Part shown: positions 51,085 to 64,000 of the stretch, piece by piece
Position numbering within the stretch: the stretch's first letter is position 1
How the letters are laid out: each line of letters begins with the position of its first letter
Assembly: GCA_040954595.2 (NCBI GenBank)
Contig: CM082590.2
Location: forward strand, 11,160,655 to 11,224,654
Length of the DNA stretch: 64,000 nt
Direction: 5' to 3'
DNA from: Balanoglossus misakiensis
Lineage: Eukaryota > Animalia > Hemichordata
Notes under the pieces: generated by a model
The model's database searches: none
The model's input: only the letters and a program-made list of their open reading frames with translations
Told to the model about the DNA's origin: nothing
Program-made: the position numbers and the translations under genes

Positions 51085-54000
51085 TCATAACCTGCGGGTA
51101 AAATTTTCAGGGAACATCCCTCGTGCTTTGCTCGATGCTAGGATTCCGTACAACCAGCCATCCTCCTATAAAAGAAAAAGAGGTTTTCTTAGTCCACTTT
51201 CATGACTCCTGTGGTGTTTTGTTGGTATAAGTTTACGTCTTTGAGTTCAACCCTTTCACCACCATGGTTTGGTCCAAATCCATTGTTTTCTATGGTAGAG
51301 TTTCGACCTCTAACAACGGAACTGGGGGTGAGAGGGTTAAACTGAAATGGTTCTCCCGTTATCCAAGGTTGGCACGAAAGTTCTTACCTGATCATCTGGG
51401 TCGTCAAACGGCATGACATAAATAATATCACCTTTGTCAAAACTAAGTTCGTCTGTATCCATACTATCATATTTATGTGTAGCTTGAGCCTAAAAAAGAT
51501 AACAGACAAATACATTAACAGACAAAAATTGAGTCGACCATATGAGATTATCATCACTCACCTAGGTCACAAAAACCTATTTACGGTAACAAGAATCTAT
51601 GTAAAATATCCTGCAATCTGTTTAACACTTTCAAGTCAGACCTCCAAATAGAGAACTGGGGTGAAAGGTTTCCAGTTGTTAGTGTCTATTCTGTTATGAA
51701 ATCTGTATGTCTGGAATACTATTTGTAAAAGATCCTGCAAGCCAAGACTGACATTACCTTATAAAGTGTGCCCTGTGGCATTAGTTCTTCTGGCTGTGAG
51801 GGGGCTGGTGCGGGTCTGGCAACCGCAACAGGTGGGTCAGGCCTTGCGGGTAAGTTGGAAGTGGGCACAGAATAGAATTCCTCATCTTGTACATGTAACT
51901 AGAAAACAAGAAAGTTAATAGTGTTACATATGGAGAGACAATTATCTGAATTACTATACCAGCATTACACATGCAGCCAAATCATGCAAGAATATTAGAG
52001 GGAAATATCCTGAATGCCATCAGACTGGGAACTAAGCAAAGAATGTGGTTTATTCACTTTCACCCCCATTTTCATCTTCAGAGGTCCGACCTTATCATAG
52101 AGCACAATGGGTTTGGACTGAACCATGGTGGTGAAAGGGTTAAAGTGAAGACAAATACCTGTTGAGGCTGCAGGTTCCCGTCGGGTATTGCATGAAGAAA
52201 GAAAGAGTGTAAGAAATAAGGAAGAGATTGGTAGAAATAGATTTAGAAGGAGTGTTAGTTAAATAAGCAACAGTTTGCATTAACATGCTTAGTATACCAC
52301 AGTCATTAGTAGATTGTCTTTTCTCTTGTCCTGCATTGTTAGTAGTATTTTTGTTTCATGTCAGCTGGATATTAACTACTAACACTTGTGGTTAGACCGA
52401 GTGTTTGCAGACATGTTTAGCACTATAAATAAAGGGACATTAGCTGTAACGTCTGGCTTTATTTCCAGTAAAGAGACTGGATGTTGATAACACTGACATG
52501 TTTGGTCCACAATCTCACCTGTGCTCCAATCTCAATTTCTTCATACACTGCACCTCCTTCCGCTCCTTTGACCTTTGACCCCTCTCCATTCGTCACCGCT
52601 GGCGGAGGCATATATTCCGTATCATCTTCCGGTGTTGCCGAGGGTGCTGAAATAACTTGTTCGCCCACTTCCGACTCTCGCTGCTCAGGCTTGCTCTCGT
52701 CGTTGGGAAGCGCCACGTTGAAAACTTTTGAGAGACTGCTTCTTTGCTCCACATTCGTAGGTAACTGTGGCGACGGCTGAGAATTGTAACTATCTGAGTC
52801 TCCGCTGTGAAGAGAAATGTTGCACTATAACAGAATCGATAAAATTTGCAAACATGACCAGTACCTAGAAATCTGAATGTACGTGACGGTGATGATATGA
52901 GATTGGTCAAGAGACATCATCTATGACTGGTTACATTTAGATGTGAAAGTGTCAGTGATAGGCTACGCACAGCACGCATTACTGACCTGAACTTTGACCT
53001 GGCATGAGTGTTGATATAATTTGGAAGTTTTATGATATGGGTTGCCTCACCAATGGCATGAACTTTGACCGGACTTTTCATGAAATATGCTACTTGATGT
53101 ATGAGTGAAACTAAGCATCCTGTTTCATGTACAAGAAATATTGAACTAGCATGCAACAACAGAACATACAGATGGATGGTAAACATGTACACAAAGTACC
53201 ACAGGTTCAAAAATTGCAGGTGGATGTGCTGTTTGGTGTCTAATGAATAAATAAACAAAACAATAAATATGCAAGTGCCCATTTTAGTATTGTCAATAAA
53301 AGCAACAAAGGGGAAAGCTGGTCAAAGTGAAAAGCAGCCATGACAACTGATAACATAAAACTAACAGTTACACAAACACAGCCAGCCAAAGTTAATGGTT
53401 ACTATGACAACAGTGGGAAGCAGGCCAGGAACAGTACAATGTATACAGACACACATTATGACAGCACTTAGGGGGGCTGGCCGCTGTCTAATTTGTGTTT
53501 GATAACCCACCTAGAGTGTCTGCCAACATTGTATGTTCCATTGGCCGCTTCTTGCGCCAGCTGGTCCATGATATCGTTCAGTTGGTTCTTCACTTTGGAC
53601 AGTTCGCCGTGGAATGTGGATTCGGCAGAGAAGGTAATCTGGAATGTGTTTGCATAGAGAGGTATCCGACTGGCGGAAAAAGAAGAAAAAGAAGACTTCA
53701 AACATTTGGTCTTATTAAAGGCATACAATCTATTCTGATCAACATATGTCCTTCATGATTGGAAAATATATTACAAGGGCATTTTGATAAATGTTAATCC
53801 CTATTAGGATGACCATAGTGTCCCTTTAATGCTAGGACCGAACTTCCCCTTTAATGTTGGAACCTACCTATCATATAATGATGGTAGTTCATCTAAAAGC
53901 TCATTATGCAAATCTTCATACATCCTTTTGGCATCCATAAAAGCTTCTTGAACCTGAATGACAAGAGGAACAATTAGTGAATGATTAATTTACTGAAATG

Positions 54001-56417
54001 CAATCAATCAACACAATGAATTAATCAATTTCAAGCAATCAGCAATGACGTAATGGTTGAAAGGTATACTTATAGAGATATAGAAATCCGGTTTGTTCAA
54101 CATTATACCAATCACAACATAACCCACCTTTTGACTTTTACCTTCATCTTTTTTCTTCGGATTATTTTGTACTGCTTCTAAATTATGCCTTGCGCTGTCG
54201 TAGTCGACTAATTTCCTTCCTCGTTTGGATATCCTTCCCTGTAAAGAATAATAAATATTGCATGATTTCCTGAAAAGGCAAGAGTCCTCATCTGGAGTAT
54301 ATGTATATGAGCTCAATGTTTTTTATGGCCAAGGGAAAGTCTTTGGTTGTGCATAAGTTTTAAAAACTTCACGGTCACCTACCTTGACATCTGCAAATGA
54401 ATTTTGGTAGGTAGCTATTGGATTGTAAACTTGTTCTGACAGCCTGTTCTGGTAGTCGTCCCATAATAAATCTGCCGTCTGAAGAAAGGAAATCAGAAAG
54501 CAAATTTTCGATCATCTGTTGGACAAACTATACTTCCTAGTAGGCAGCCTGGGCAATGAATTTATGGTTCAACATTTAACACACTTTCTTGTTGCTTTGC
54601 TGAAAGTACCGGCTAGTCAGGCAGGTGTTTCTAACACCTTCTATTCTAATAAAGCTACTGAATACAAAATATACGTATACACTAACATGAGGGCAATTAC
54701 ACCATTACTACCCTCTGTGAAGGCAATACAGGATATATTTACCTCTGCCAGGTCATTAAGCTGATTGTAACCTTCCCAGTCTTCTTCATAAACTTCCCTG
54801 AGAAAAGTGTACAGACTTCTACTTGCAGCACTCATGGCTGTAAAATATTGAAGGGGTTTATGTTAGCAGTAGGCTAATATAAAGTGGGACTGACCGGCCA
54901 GATAACTCTGGTTCTTGGCAATTTCCCCTACAGTGTACTTGTATCCAAAAACACTCTCCCCTCTGCTAGGAAAATGTGACAAACAACAGCCATATAAATC
55001 AATGGGGCCACACCAACCATTGCTATGTCATAGGGGTGTGCAGCTTAAAGATAATGGCTCTCACCTTTGACACACTGGATATATCTGGTAATTTCTTTTT
55101 GGAGTTTGGACGCAGCTGCTTGTTGCTTATTAAAATTCTGTACATAATTATCAAAAATTTTATCTTTTGTTTCATCAGCTTTGCCCAAGGTGCGAAGCAT
55201 CTGAAAGAAGAAATAGCAATAAATATTTACCTTAATTTAGCAACAACATTTTGGTTGGGCAATGGTCTACTTTTACCCCGTTCATTGTAAAAAGTTTGGT
55301 TCAACCCAACCATGTTTGATGGCATGGCTCTATCTATGTGAACATAAATGAGGGTTAAAGGTTACAAGTTCCAATCAATTATCAGATTTACCTTGCTACA
55401 AATTGATAAAGAGATTAAAATTTCACTGGAACTGTTGGGTAAAGTGCACCGTGACGATACAGATATGTACATCAACTTGATGCTTGATGAAGAATACAGA
55501 TATGTACATCAACTTGATGAAGAATGAAAACATTTTTGTTTGTTTTATGTTTTCATTTAACGACTTGTTTTTTGTATCAAACAGATTTCTCTGTTGTACT
55601 ATTACTGCATATTATAAATGCAAATTCAAACATAAAATAAACGAATACAAATATGGATTTAAACATAACATACATAAATCACACAGGAATCATTGCACAT
55701 TAACTGAAATTCATCAACTTAAACCCACCTGTACTCGTGGAGGCAAGGTAATAATGTAAACAACATTTGAAATTTATTGTTTACGAATCTGTGTCACTTT
55801 CTCAAAAATGTGTATGAGGTCATTCATAAAATGGGTGTGTTTTGTCACCTGCGTTTGTTTGGAAAAATATTCTGCATGGCGATCGAACCGGCTACTGAAG
55901 TTCACATTCGCACGTTCAGTGCAATGCACCGAATTACGTGAATAGATTATGGGCGGGTATCAAGTACATAGAGATATTACGTACTGCATTACACTTTGAG
56001 TTGACATGATACACTGTGTACAAGTTCACTTCACGACTTCTCTTTGCAAGATTATGAAATCGACAGTTGTGATCGTGGTAATAAATACACAACACTCCTG
56101 TCTGATGCCGCTAGCCGGGTATAGAATTCACTTATACGAACGAAAATATAACCAAAACATAACAACCCTACCATCAATGTACACATATAAACAAGGGGGT
56201 CGATGTACACTATGCTACCTGTCGTACGGGGCGGAGCTACGATCTGATTGCAATTGCACACAGGATCGACCGCCTTCAAGGCAAAGAAACGACATCCCCC
56301 AAATAGCAGTCAAGCTACGATGTCCCAACCTACCCGTTCCTTCGCCCTTGTAGCTTGTTTCGTAAAATTTTTGCTCAAGAAACTTTGTCTCTTGCCTGTG
56401 TTGCCTGGTTCCGCCAT
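51085..56417 (-). CDS. AMPH: Amphiphysin/BIN1 (N-BAR + linker + SH3)
   Basis: KQATRAKER|[13 protein letters not shown]; [17 protein letters not shown]; [22 protein letters not shown]; SH3 domain [23 protein letters not shown]...EDGWLYG...[11 protein letters not shown]. Confidence 0.93.
51247..51340. mobile_element. piggyBac-type MITE copy in an amphiphysin intron
   Basis: TCAACCCTTTCACCACC...GGGGGTGAGAGGGTTAA. Confidence 0.78.
52052..52143. mobile_element. piggyBac-type MITE copy next to the candidate microexon
   Basis: CACTTTCACCCCC...GGTGGTGAAAGGGTTAA. Confidence 0.7.
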
Positions 56418-57767
56418 CTTGGATTATCTACCTCTGATAACGCATGCGCGCGTGTCAAGATAGTGATGCATTGTGGGTACCAAAAGGACGTAGTAACTTA
56501 CATTGGGGGTGTGATTGTCAATCATATAGGTGATTGGGCAATGTTTATGAATTATTAAATTTAACTGATATAGTAGTGTAATATACCTTCCAGCTCCAGG
56601 TTCACCCTGTTTGGTGATCATCAGTTACATCAAGGGTGAAACAACAAAAAGAATTCAGTCGTATGAGCACTTTTATGTTCAAATCTGAGGATCGAAGTTT
56701 GTCAGAAATAAAATTAGAGTAAAATATCCATAATGCGACCTCTTCAAAATAAGGTCGACATGGACCCAGCAATGTTTCCCGTACAGACCCCCCCCCCCCG
56801 AAACATTGCATACAAATGAGGACACAAGACGGTGTTTGGCCAATTAGAGCGTTGCAAATCGACTTAGGGACCAGAATGACCAATCACTGCTGGCGTTAAA
56901 CATGCTTTGGAGCTCCTTTAGTGGGACAATACGAAAGAGCTAATCTTATTTGGTGACGTGACTCTGGTCACATGATTGAAAGAGTATCGTCGAGCAAAGT
57001 CAGTTTGCAAACGGACTCAGAATATACGAGTCTACAAAACCGAGACGTTTTATTTGGAACAATTTAGGATAGACTTAACTGGAATAAGTTCTGTGTGGAA
57101 GTCACAGGTTAGTAAATATTTGTTAAAACCTTATAAAATTCCCGCACCTATCGTCTTTCTTATGCAGTTTCATTTACAAACTAAGACAAAAGCGGAGTAA
57201 ACTTCTTGTAACGCTTTCACCCGGCCATCAGAAATAATAGTTCACGACAGTGTAAGCAGAAAAGCTACTGTTCTACGTGAAATGCGTGTATTAGTGGCGT
57301 CGCCTTGTAAACTTTCTACTGGTTGTAAAATTTGTGCAAAGATGGTTCAATTGGCCTTCCTTCCTAACAAATAATCGATCATGGGGACCCGCTAGATGTG
57401 TGGATGACGTGGCATGGTACGGCAAAAATTAACCGCGCAAGGTGTCCTTACTTGCTCTGCTTCCAAGCAGTCACGCGACTCAACAGAGTTTCATTTTAGT
57501 TGGTTTATCATTTAGACACACCAGATGTTTTTGCGTGACAAATTTTGATTGGCCGAAATGTTGTCTATGGTGTCACCACTCATGTGTTAGTTTATTGATG
57601 GAGTTGACCAGCAGCGGTTATGCAAGGTTGTACTTGATTGGTTGATGTCTTGTTTGCACTTTTTTGTCGGGAACAATCAGCGATGATTTCGGGCAACAAG
57701 TGAGTAAAAGTTTTTGTCCAGATCTCATTTCATTTTACCTTTTTTTCATATAGATGTTACCATAACA

Positions 57768-59072
57768 ATGGCTAAGACGATCAACAAGAAGCGCCTGGTC
57801 TTTATCGCAACTTTGCTTCTACTTCTCGCAAGTTTTGACATCTTTTGGAGAAGGTAAACGTTCCCACCACTTAAAAATCAGGGTTTTATAAAATTGGCGA
57901 CCAAGAAATTGCTTCATAATAATGATACCAGTCAAACTTTAACTTTGATGTTAATTGAATTCAACAAGTCCAATTTTCGTACTCTTTTTTTCAGCTCTGA
58001 ACTCTTGAGGCTGAAGCTTCTCTCTCGTAACGTGTTGGGTTCGAATCCACCACTGGAGATCGCTTGCAACGAAACTCAACAGATTATTTTCATCAAGACT
58101 CACAAAACGGCGAGTTCAACGACAAATAATATCATTCAACGTTTTGGATACACACGTGGGTTAGCCTTTGCCTTGCCGAAAGGAGCACAGATATTCAATG
58201 AAAGACAAATGTTTTCCAGGGATCTGCTCTATCAACAACGACCTGCACGCGATAAAGGGAAATATTTCAACATCATAGCAAGCCATTTGCGGTATAACAG
58301 ACCCGAACTCGAGAAAGTCGTTCCTAACGCGACATATATAACGATTTTGCGCGAACCAGTACGAAGATTTGAATCAGCATTCGGGTATTACAATTTCGCT
58401 CGTACCGTTGGTCTGAGCCATTCTAAACATCCTCTAGTGGATTTCATGAAAAGCCCCGATAGGTATATTATGAGAGCTGGATTTCACAAATCTCGCCTGA
58501 GAAATGGTATGTTTTATAATTTCGGGTTTGACAATCGTTTTAGTGACGACGATTCTGTGATTAATTCTACGATACAGAAACTAGACAAAGAATTGGACCT
58601 TGTTCTGATTGCCGATTACTACGAGGAATCACTTGTGTTGCTGAAGAATGTCTTGTGTTGGAAAATCCGAGACATTTTGTATATCAGCAAGGGTGTACGC
58701 AGCGAAAACAAGCATTTTGAAATTCCACAGTCCGTCGCAGATCAGATCTTGAAATGGAACAAAGCTGACACTCGCTTGTACAATCATTTCAATGCCACGT
58801 TTTGGAAAAGAGTGAGAAGCTACGGCGATAGATTCTATGACGATCTGAAAGAATTTCGAAAGCAGCAACAACGATTTTATGAAGAGTGCGTCGACGACAA
58901 CCGAACGACTCTCATCCAGGGCCGGGAGGATGGACTGGTTATGAAACCCAATGTAAGCATTGTATGTAAAGTCGCTTTCCATCGCAACGTACAGTTCACA
59001 GAGTTGTTGAAGAAAGAAAGTTGCTATGGAAGGAATAAACGTTACACTAAAAGATTTTGCTTTGAAAATTAG
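57768..59072 (+). CDS. Galactose-3-O-sulfotransferase (Gal3ST/cerebroside sulfotransferase-like); exons 57768-57853, 57995-59072
   Basis: TM segment (LVFIATLLLLLASF), 5'-PSB FIKTHKTASST, 3'-PB TILREPVRRFESAFGYY, DLVLIADYYEESLVLL and WNKADTRLYNHFNATFW. Confidence 0.92.
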
Positions 59073-59626
59073 TATATATTAAAGGTTTAAAACCATGATT
59101 ACTAGGCTATCATGTATTATTGTGGGTTTTTTAATTTTATCCAATTCTAAAGGAACGTTTTCCTTGGTTTTATTTCCCTGTAAAGAAAATCATCGACTGA
59201 TGAAAATAAAATCTCTAATTATCAGTCCCAGACTTTGTGTTTTGATGTGTATACTTGGGTATCTATTAATTACGGAATCATCTAAGCACTTTGATCTTCA
59301 TTGGGGCGGTTCTTGTTCTTGAAAGCTTATAATGTAAATACAATGCATTAAAAGGTTGTGATTTGTTCTTCAGGGGCTGGGCCAAACGAGTCTCTTTCCT
59401 CTGATTCTAATAGCTTTATATATTAGCTAGTCAATTATATTTATAAGCCTGCTTCAATGCACGCCTACTAAAAGTATGACCTATCAACTCATCAGACCCA
59501 AAGTGACCTTTGACTGACCTGCAATAATTTACCCCAAAACCTTATAAAGCCAAATCATTTAGAGTAAAGTGTTCTAGTACGCTGTGCGACACACATCAGT
59601 GTTCCTGTTGACGGAGCGATACCACC

Positions 59627-62600
59627 ATGGAAACCGAAAACGAAGATTTTTTTAATTTTACAGAGGCGCTCGATCAGTTGCTCCGGGATACAGTGACAGT
59701 TGACAGTCGAAATGTAGCCTGTCAAACTGACGTCATTGATGACAAAATACTAGGTCATGTGACTGCTTTAAGTGATGAAGGTAGGAGAAATTAAGTAAAA
59801 TGTTCGTTTGCACCTCGCAGGCAATTTTTGTGACTGACCAAAAAAAAAGATCTACGAATTAAGATGGTGATTCGTTGTGAAATGTCACATGAGGTTTTGT
59901 GAAGTTTAGTAGTCAATACTGGACATTTCACAGTCGCATATTACTACATCGAAATCAAGTAAAACTTTAAAATTTTGGATGAGTTTCTATTTTAGAAGAG
60001 GGGGTACAAAACGAAACTTGTGGAACACGTGTTGACTTCTTTGAACTCATTCCAGTCAGAGTAATGGCGTCTCTTCTTTCTCTTTCATTTTAAATATTAT
60101 CTTATTTGAATCTACACCGTACTGACTCGAGACAAGTGCCAACTCAACAGGTGGGATTTCGAGCGGCAGCCACAGAATTTTTTATCCAACCATTCTTGTT
60201 TAATGGACATAAATTGAAGGCCACGGAAATGCTATCGTTTGAGAATTAGTGTGAGGTAATTTTGTCCTAATAAATTATAATTATCCTAAGTAAGTTTCCT
60301 GGGTAAAGTATGAGAAACAGTTCATCTTAGCGCATACTACCAAAACGTGTGAATTAATTGAGGACAAGTGCTGGTGACAGAAGCATGCTTTAACTGCAAG
60401 AAACGTGTTTTAGATTTCGTCTTCAAAGAGTTCATGTGAAAATTAAACTACCCCTTCTCATAAGTGAATTTTTCACAACATTGTTATATAGGCCCTATTC
60501 CCCCATAAATTTGACAAGGTCGCATTTTGATCAAAAGATCTTATTCTTGTCTGGGCACTTGATTTACCAGGACCAGATGGCAGTTTAATCCTTATTAACT
60601 CTAAAACGTTTTGAGGCGTCACGTGTCGTAACATTATTCTGATATCTACACAACTTTATTAAAATTACCAATTCAGCTCAGCAGTTCTCAGTGAACCGAA
60701 TGATATCGTTTGCATTCCGTCCACACTTCAACTTCCACCCACCTCGAGAATTATTTAATCCATAATTACATATGAGAGTGATTGATATTGACTACCACAA
60801 GCGGGCGATAAAGAGAATTTTACAACCGAACACAAGTATTGCTCTGGAGTATACTATTTAAGTGTGGCGAGATAACTCTTAATCAGAAAGGTCAGATCGC
60901 TTGATATGAGCAGCACAATAATGTACAGTAGTACACGTTGACCAAACAGCAATGTTTAAAAGCATACATGTACATGTCAAACATGTTTTTCAGAATTTCG
61001 TCACCAAGTAATCTCGTGGTCAATATGTGTCATTGTGATGTACTGAGACAGGCGTAGTGGGAAAGACATACAATTCCATACTGTAGTCTGTAGAGGAGAC
61101 TTTGCGCATTCCCAGATCTCTAAGTTACACAGGAAAAACAGGATGTAAGGTCATTCAGGGATTATGAAATTGGCCATTTGACTAATAATTGGCTATAGCA
61201 ACCTGTTGATCTGGTTATTAACCAAGTCTCGCGAGATCTCGCAATGAATGGAATCTATTTGTGTGACATGTAATTCTTTATTTTCTGACTTGTGTAGAAT
61301 GTGAGAGCATCTGGATTGCAGCAGAAAAGATGGGTCAACTGGACAATTTGAGAGTCAGCTTTGAGATGGCCAGCTGCACTATAATACAACGCTTTAATGA
61401 TGACAAAGCAACGCAGAAAGGTAGAAAATAATGCCTTTTATTATTTGCCACTGCAGATGTCTTTCCCCCTCCCCTATCTCTCTCATACATGCATTCACTG
61501 TAAAGTTTAAACTTCACCAAAACACAATAGTGTACACTCTCAAGGAACATATTAAAATTAAAGGGTTACACATAAATGTGGGACACACTTTACAGGATGG
61601 CTTTAAAGTGTATTCAACCTTAGTGTATTCTAAGTGTGTTTGAGCGCACATATGACCTGGGTCATTATGTGCGTGTGTGCGTGCGTGCTGCTCTTGCTTG
61701 CATATTTAGGGGCACAAGCCTATCAATTTTTTATGTCCTCATGAAACATTTAAATTAAAATCAACATCATTTTTTCTCACAGACAAATCGATAATTGTCA
61801 ATTTTCTTCACCACTGCGGAATAGTGAAGATGAAAACTGACCCATCCATAGAGACGAACAAGATCACAGAACTCCCCAAATCACCTGTGGAGTTGACACC
61901 CATTTCTGACGTGACAACAACACAACAGACAAATGAAACTCTTATTCTTGCCAGTAAAGATGCTAGTCTTCTCAGGGGAGATGTGTCTGATATGGATGGT
62001 GCCACCAATTGTCCTGATGGTGCAGAGTTAGCACTAAAACAAACTGAAAGCACTTCAATGGTTGAAACACCAGTGGAGCCAGAACACAAAGATTCCAGTG
62101 AAGATCAGGGAATGACTAACACAGTGCAGTCTGTTGGCACTAACCTGTCCAGTAGAAATGACCTGAATGTTATTGATGTTGGTGAAACTGGAAATAATGT
62201 GGTCCAAGATGAAAGACTGATTTGTCAAGAGTATAACATCACACAAAAGTCAAGATATGAAGCAGTCACAAAAAAGACAGTGGATATAATTGGTCCACAT
62301 TCTGTGTCTGTGGTGGAACCATCAGCAAAGTGTCAGAAATCCAAAATCAAAAGAAAACCACCATATCTTATAATCCCCAAACTGAAATTTTTTGCAGATG
62401 TGAGGAAAGAAGAGGACGAAAAGCCCTACAGATGTGACATCTGCGACAAAAGATTCAAAATATTAAAGAATCTTGAAAGCCATGTGTTGTTACACAGAAG
62501 GGATATATTTGAATGTCCAAAATGCACTCTAGTATTCTCTGCAGAAAATTCTCTCAATGATCACATGACCAATGTTCATCAATGCAGAGGACGTGACTTT

Positions 62601-64000
62601 AATTGTCAGGTTGGTGGAATTGTCTTCCAATCACAAGAAGATTCTGACTTTCACAGACTACAGAAACACTTGCAGCAAGCACCTTCCAAAGACAAGAGAT
62701 CTAGAAGTGACACTCCACCTCCTGGACATTTTCAGGGAAGGACACCTCAGACTCAAATTAAACAAGAAGCACTCTCGTGTTCAGAGTGTCGCACATGGTT
62801 CCTTGACAAACAATCCCTTAAAAAGCACAAGGCCATTAGACACACCACATCTACAGATGAACTGAATGCTGAAAAGCCTGAGAGTATAGACATACCCCAG
62901 GCACCAGTTTCACTAAAGATGCCAAAAGCTAGAGATCATCTTCCAAATTCACAGTGGAAGAGAACAAGAAAATTAAAAACCAGTTTCAAAAATGGAGAGT
63001 ATGTAACCAAACTGTCCATCAACAAATGCAGAACAAATGTGTCTAAAATGGCGCACACAGAGAATAAAACAAAGCAAGCAAATGGTCAGTTTTGGCCAAC
63101 ACATCCATGTCCTGCCAAAGGCCAAGCAGTAATGGACACAAACTGTCCAAGTAGTGGCGCTTCAGAAGGTAATAATTCCAAGTTGACCAATCTCACCAAT
63201 GATGTTCCTAACTCGATGGATAACAACAGACTTTCACCAACAGCTTCTGTACAACATCATGGATTGGCTGAGACAACTTTTGAATCCACAGATCTTGATC
63301 CCAATGTTAATGTGGCAGAGGAATACCAAGCTGCATTCCAGTTTTTACAAGAAATCCAGGAAAAGGTTGACCGTGACCACAGAAATGAACAGCAGGAATT
63401 GTTGATTCCATCCAGTAATAAACAGGAACTCCTCACACTGGAAAATCTAACACCAGAACATGGAACCAAAGCAATTCCTGCATGCCAGAGTTGGAAGGAT
63501 CTGGACAAGATGGAGTTAACACCCTTTAAATGCCCAACATGCAACAAGTCTTTCAAACGGCACTCCACTTTGTCTAGGCACTTGTCATTGCATATGTCTA
63601 ATCCTGACAAAACTTGCCCAATGTGTAACAGGCAATGCATCAGCAAGTCTGCACTTGAGGTGCATATGAGATCGCACACAGGCCAAAAGCCACATGTTTG
63701 TCACATTTGTGGAATCGGATTTGCCCAGAAGGGAAGACTTAAGACTCATTACTATGTCCACACTTCTGAGAAACCCTTCAAATGTGATGTGTGCAATAAA
63801 GGATTCAACAGACGTTGCAATCTGACAGTGCACAAGGGTCTGCATGACAAAAACAAGAGATTCAAATGTGACTTTTGTGAGAAAGGCTACAATCAAAAGG
63901 TTGAACTCCGACTTCACATGAAAAAACACACCGGTAAAAACCTCCATTGGTGTGAAATATGTCAAGCAGACTTTAGTTTAAAGAGAGATCTCAACAACCA
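59627..64000 (+). CDS. C2H2 zinc-finger protein, 3' end beyond the window; exons 59627-59780, probable 61298-61420, 61783->64000
   Basis: Kozak context ACCACCATGG and phase-1 introns. The large exon appears open to the window end, with fingers such as YRCDICDKRFKILKNLESHVLLH, FKCPTCNKSFKRHSTLSRHLSLH, HTGQKPHVCHICG and HTSEKPFKCDVCNK. The ORF track misses it, presumably because no stop falls within the window. Confidence 0.88.

Noticed and set aside
55457-55519. 26-bp direct duplication ATACAGATATGTACATCAACTTGATG
   Set aside because: A simple intronic slippage-type duplication with no further structure.
63257-63965. Minus-strand ORFs of 126-140 aa
   Set aside because: Antisense shadows of the C2H2 zinc-finger exon.

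Overview
AT-rich, gene-dense, intron-containing animal genomic DNA; gene content and intron style suggest an invertebrate deuterostome (hemichordate/echinoderm-like; inference). I reconstructed 13 spliced protein-coding genes by hand: the last exon of Rab27 (+), a GPI-anchored Ly6/three-finger protein (+), a CHST/GlcNAc6ST-type sulfotransferase (-), NOX5 (-), AP4E1 (+), an O-fucosyltransferase-family protein (+), MRPL9 (-), COMMD4 (+), a LARGE-like GT49 glucuronyltransferase with an extra N-terminal domain (-), a divergent N-BAR paralog with an RG/Gly-rich tail (+), canonical amphiphysin/BIN1 (-), a Gal3ST sulfotransferase (+), and a C2H2 zinc-finger gene that runs off the end (+). Most short ORFs in the track are intronic or antisense noise. 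Highlights: (1) an amphiphysin duplicate that has lost SH3 and gained an RGG-like tail, lying tail-to-tail with the canonical gene; (2) two minor-spliceosome introns, one AT-AC in AP4E1 and one apparently AT-AA in the GT49 gene; (3) a NOX5 that appears to lack EF-hands 1-2 and has a degenerate EF3; (4) a candidate 9-nt microexon in amphiphysin; (5) TAGC...GCTA foldback elements of 49 and 538 bp, each with a 9-bp target-site duplication; (6) a ~90-bp piggyBac-type MITE family; and (7) a thrice-repeated T-shaped structured element between COMMD4 and the GT49 gene. Exon boundaries were read by eye and need RNA-seq confirmation; homology calls come from remembered motifs, not database searches.
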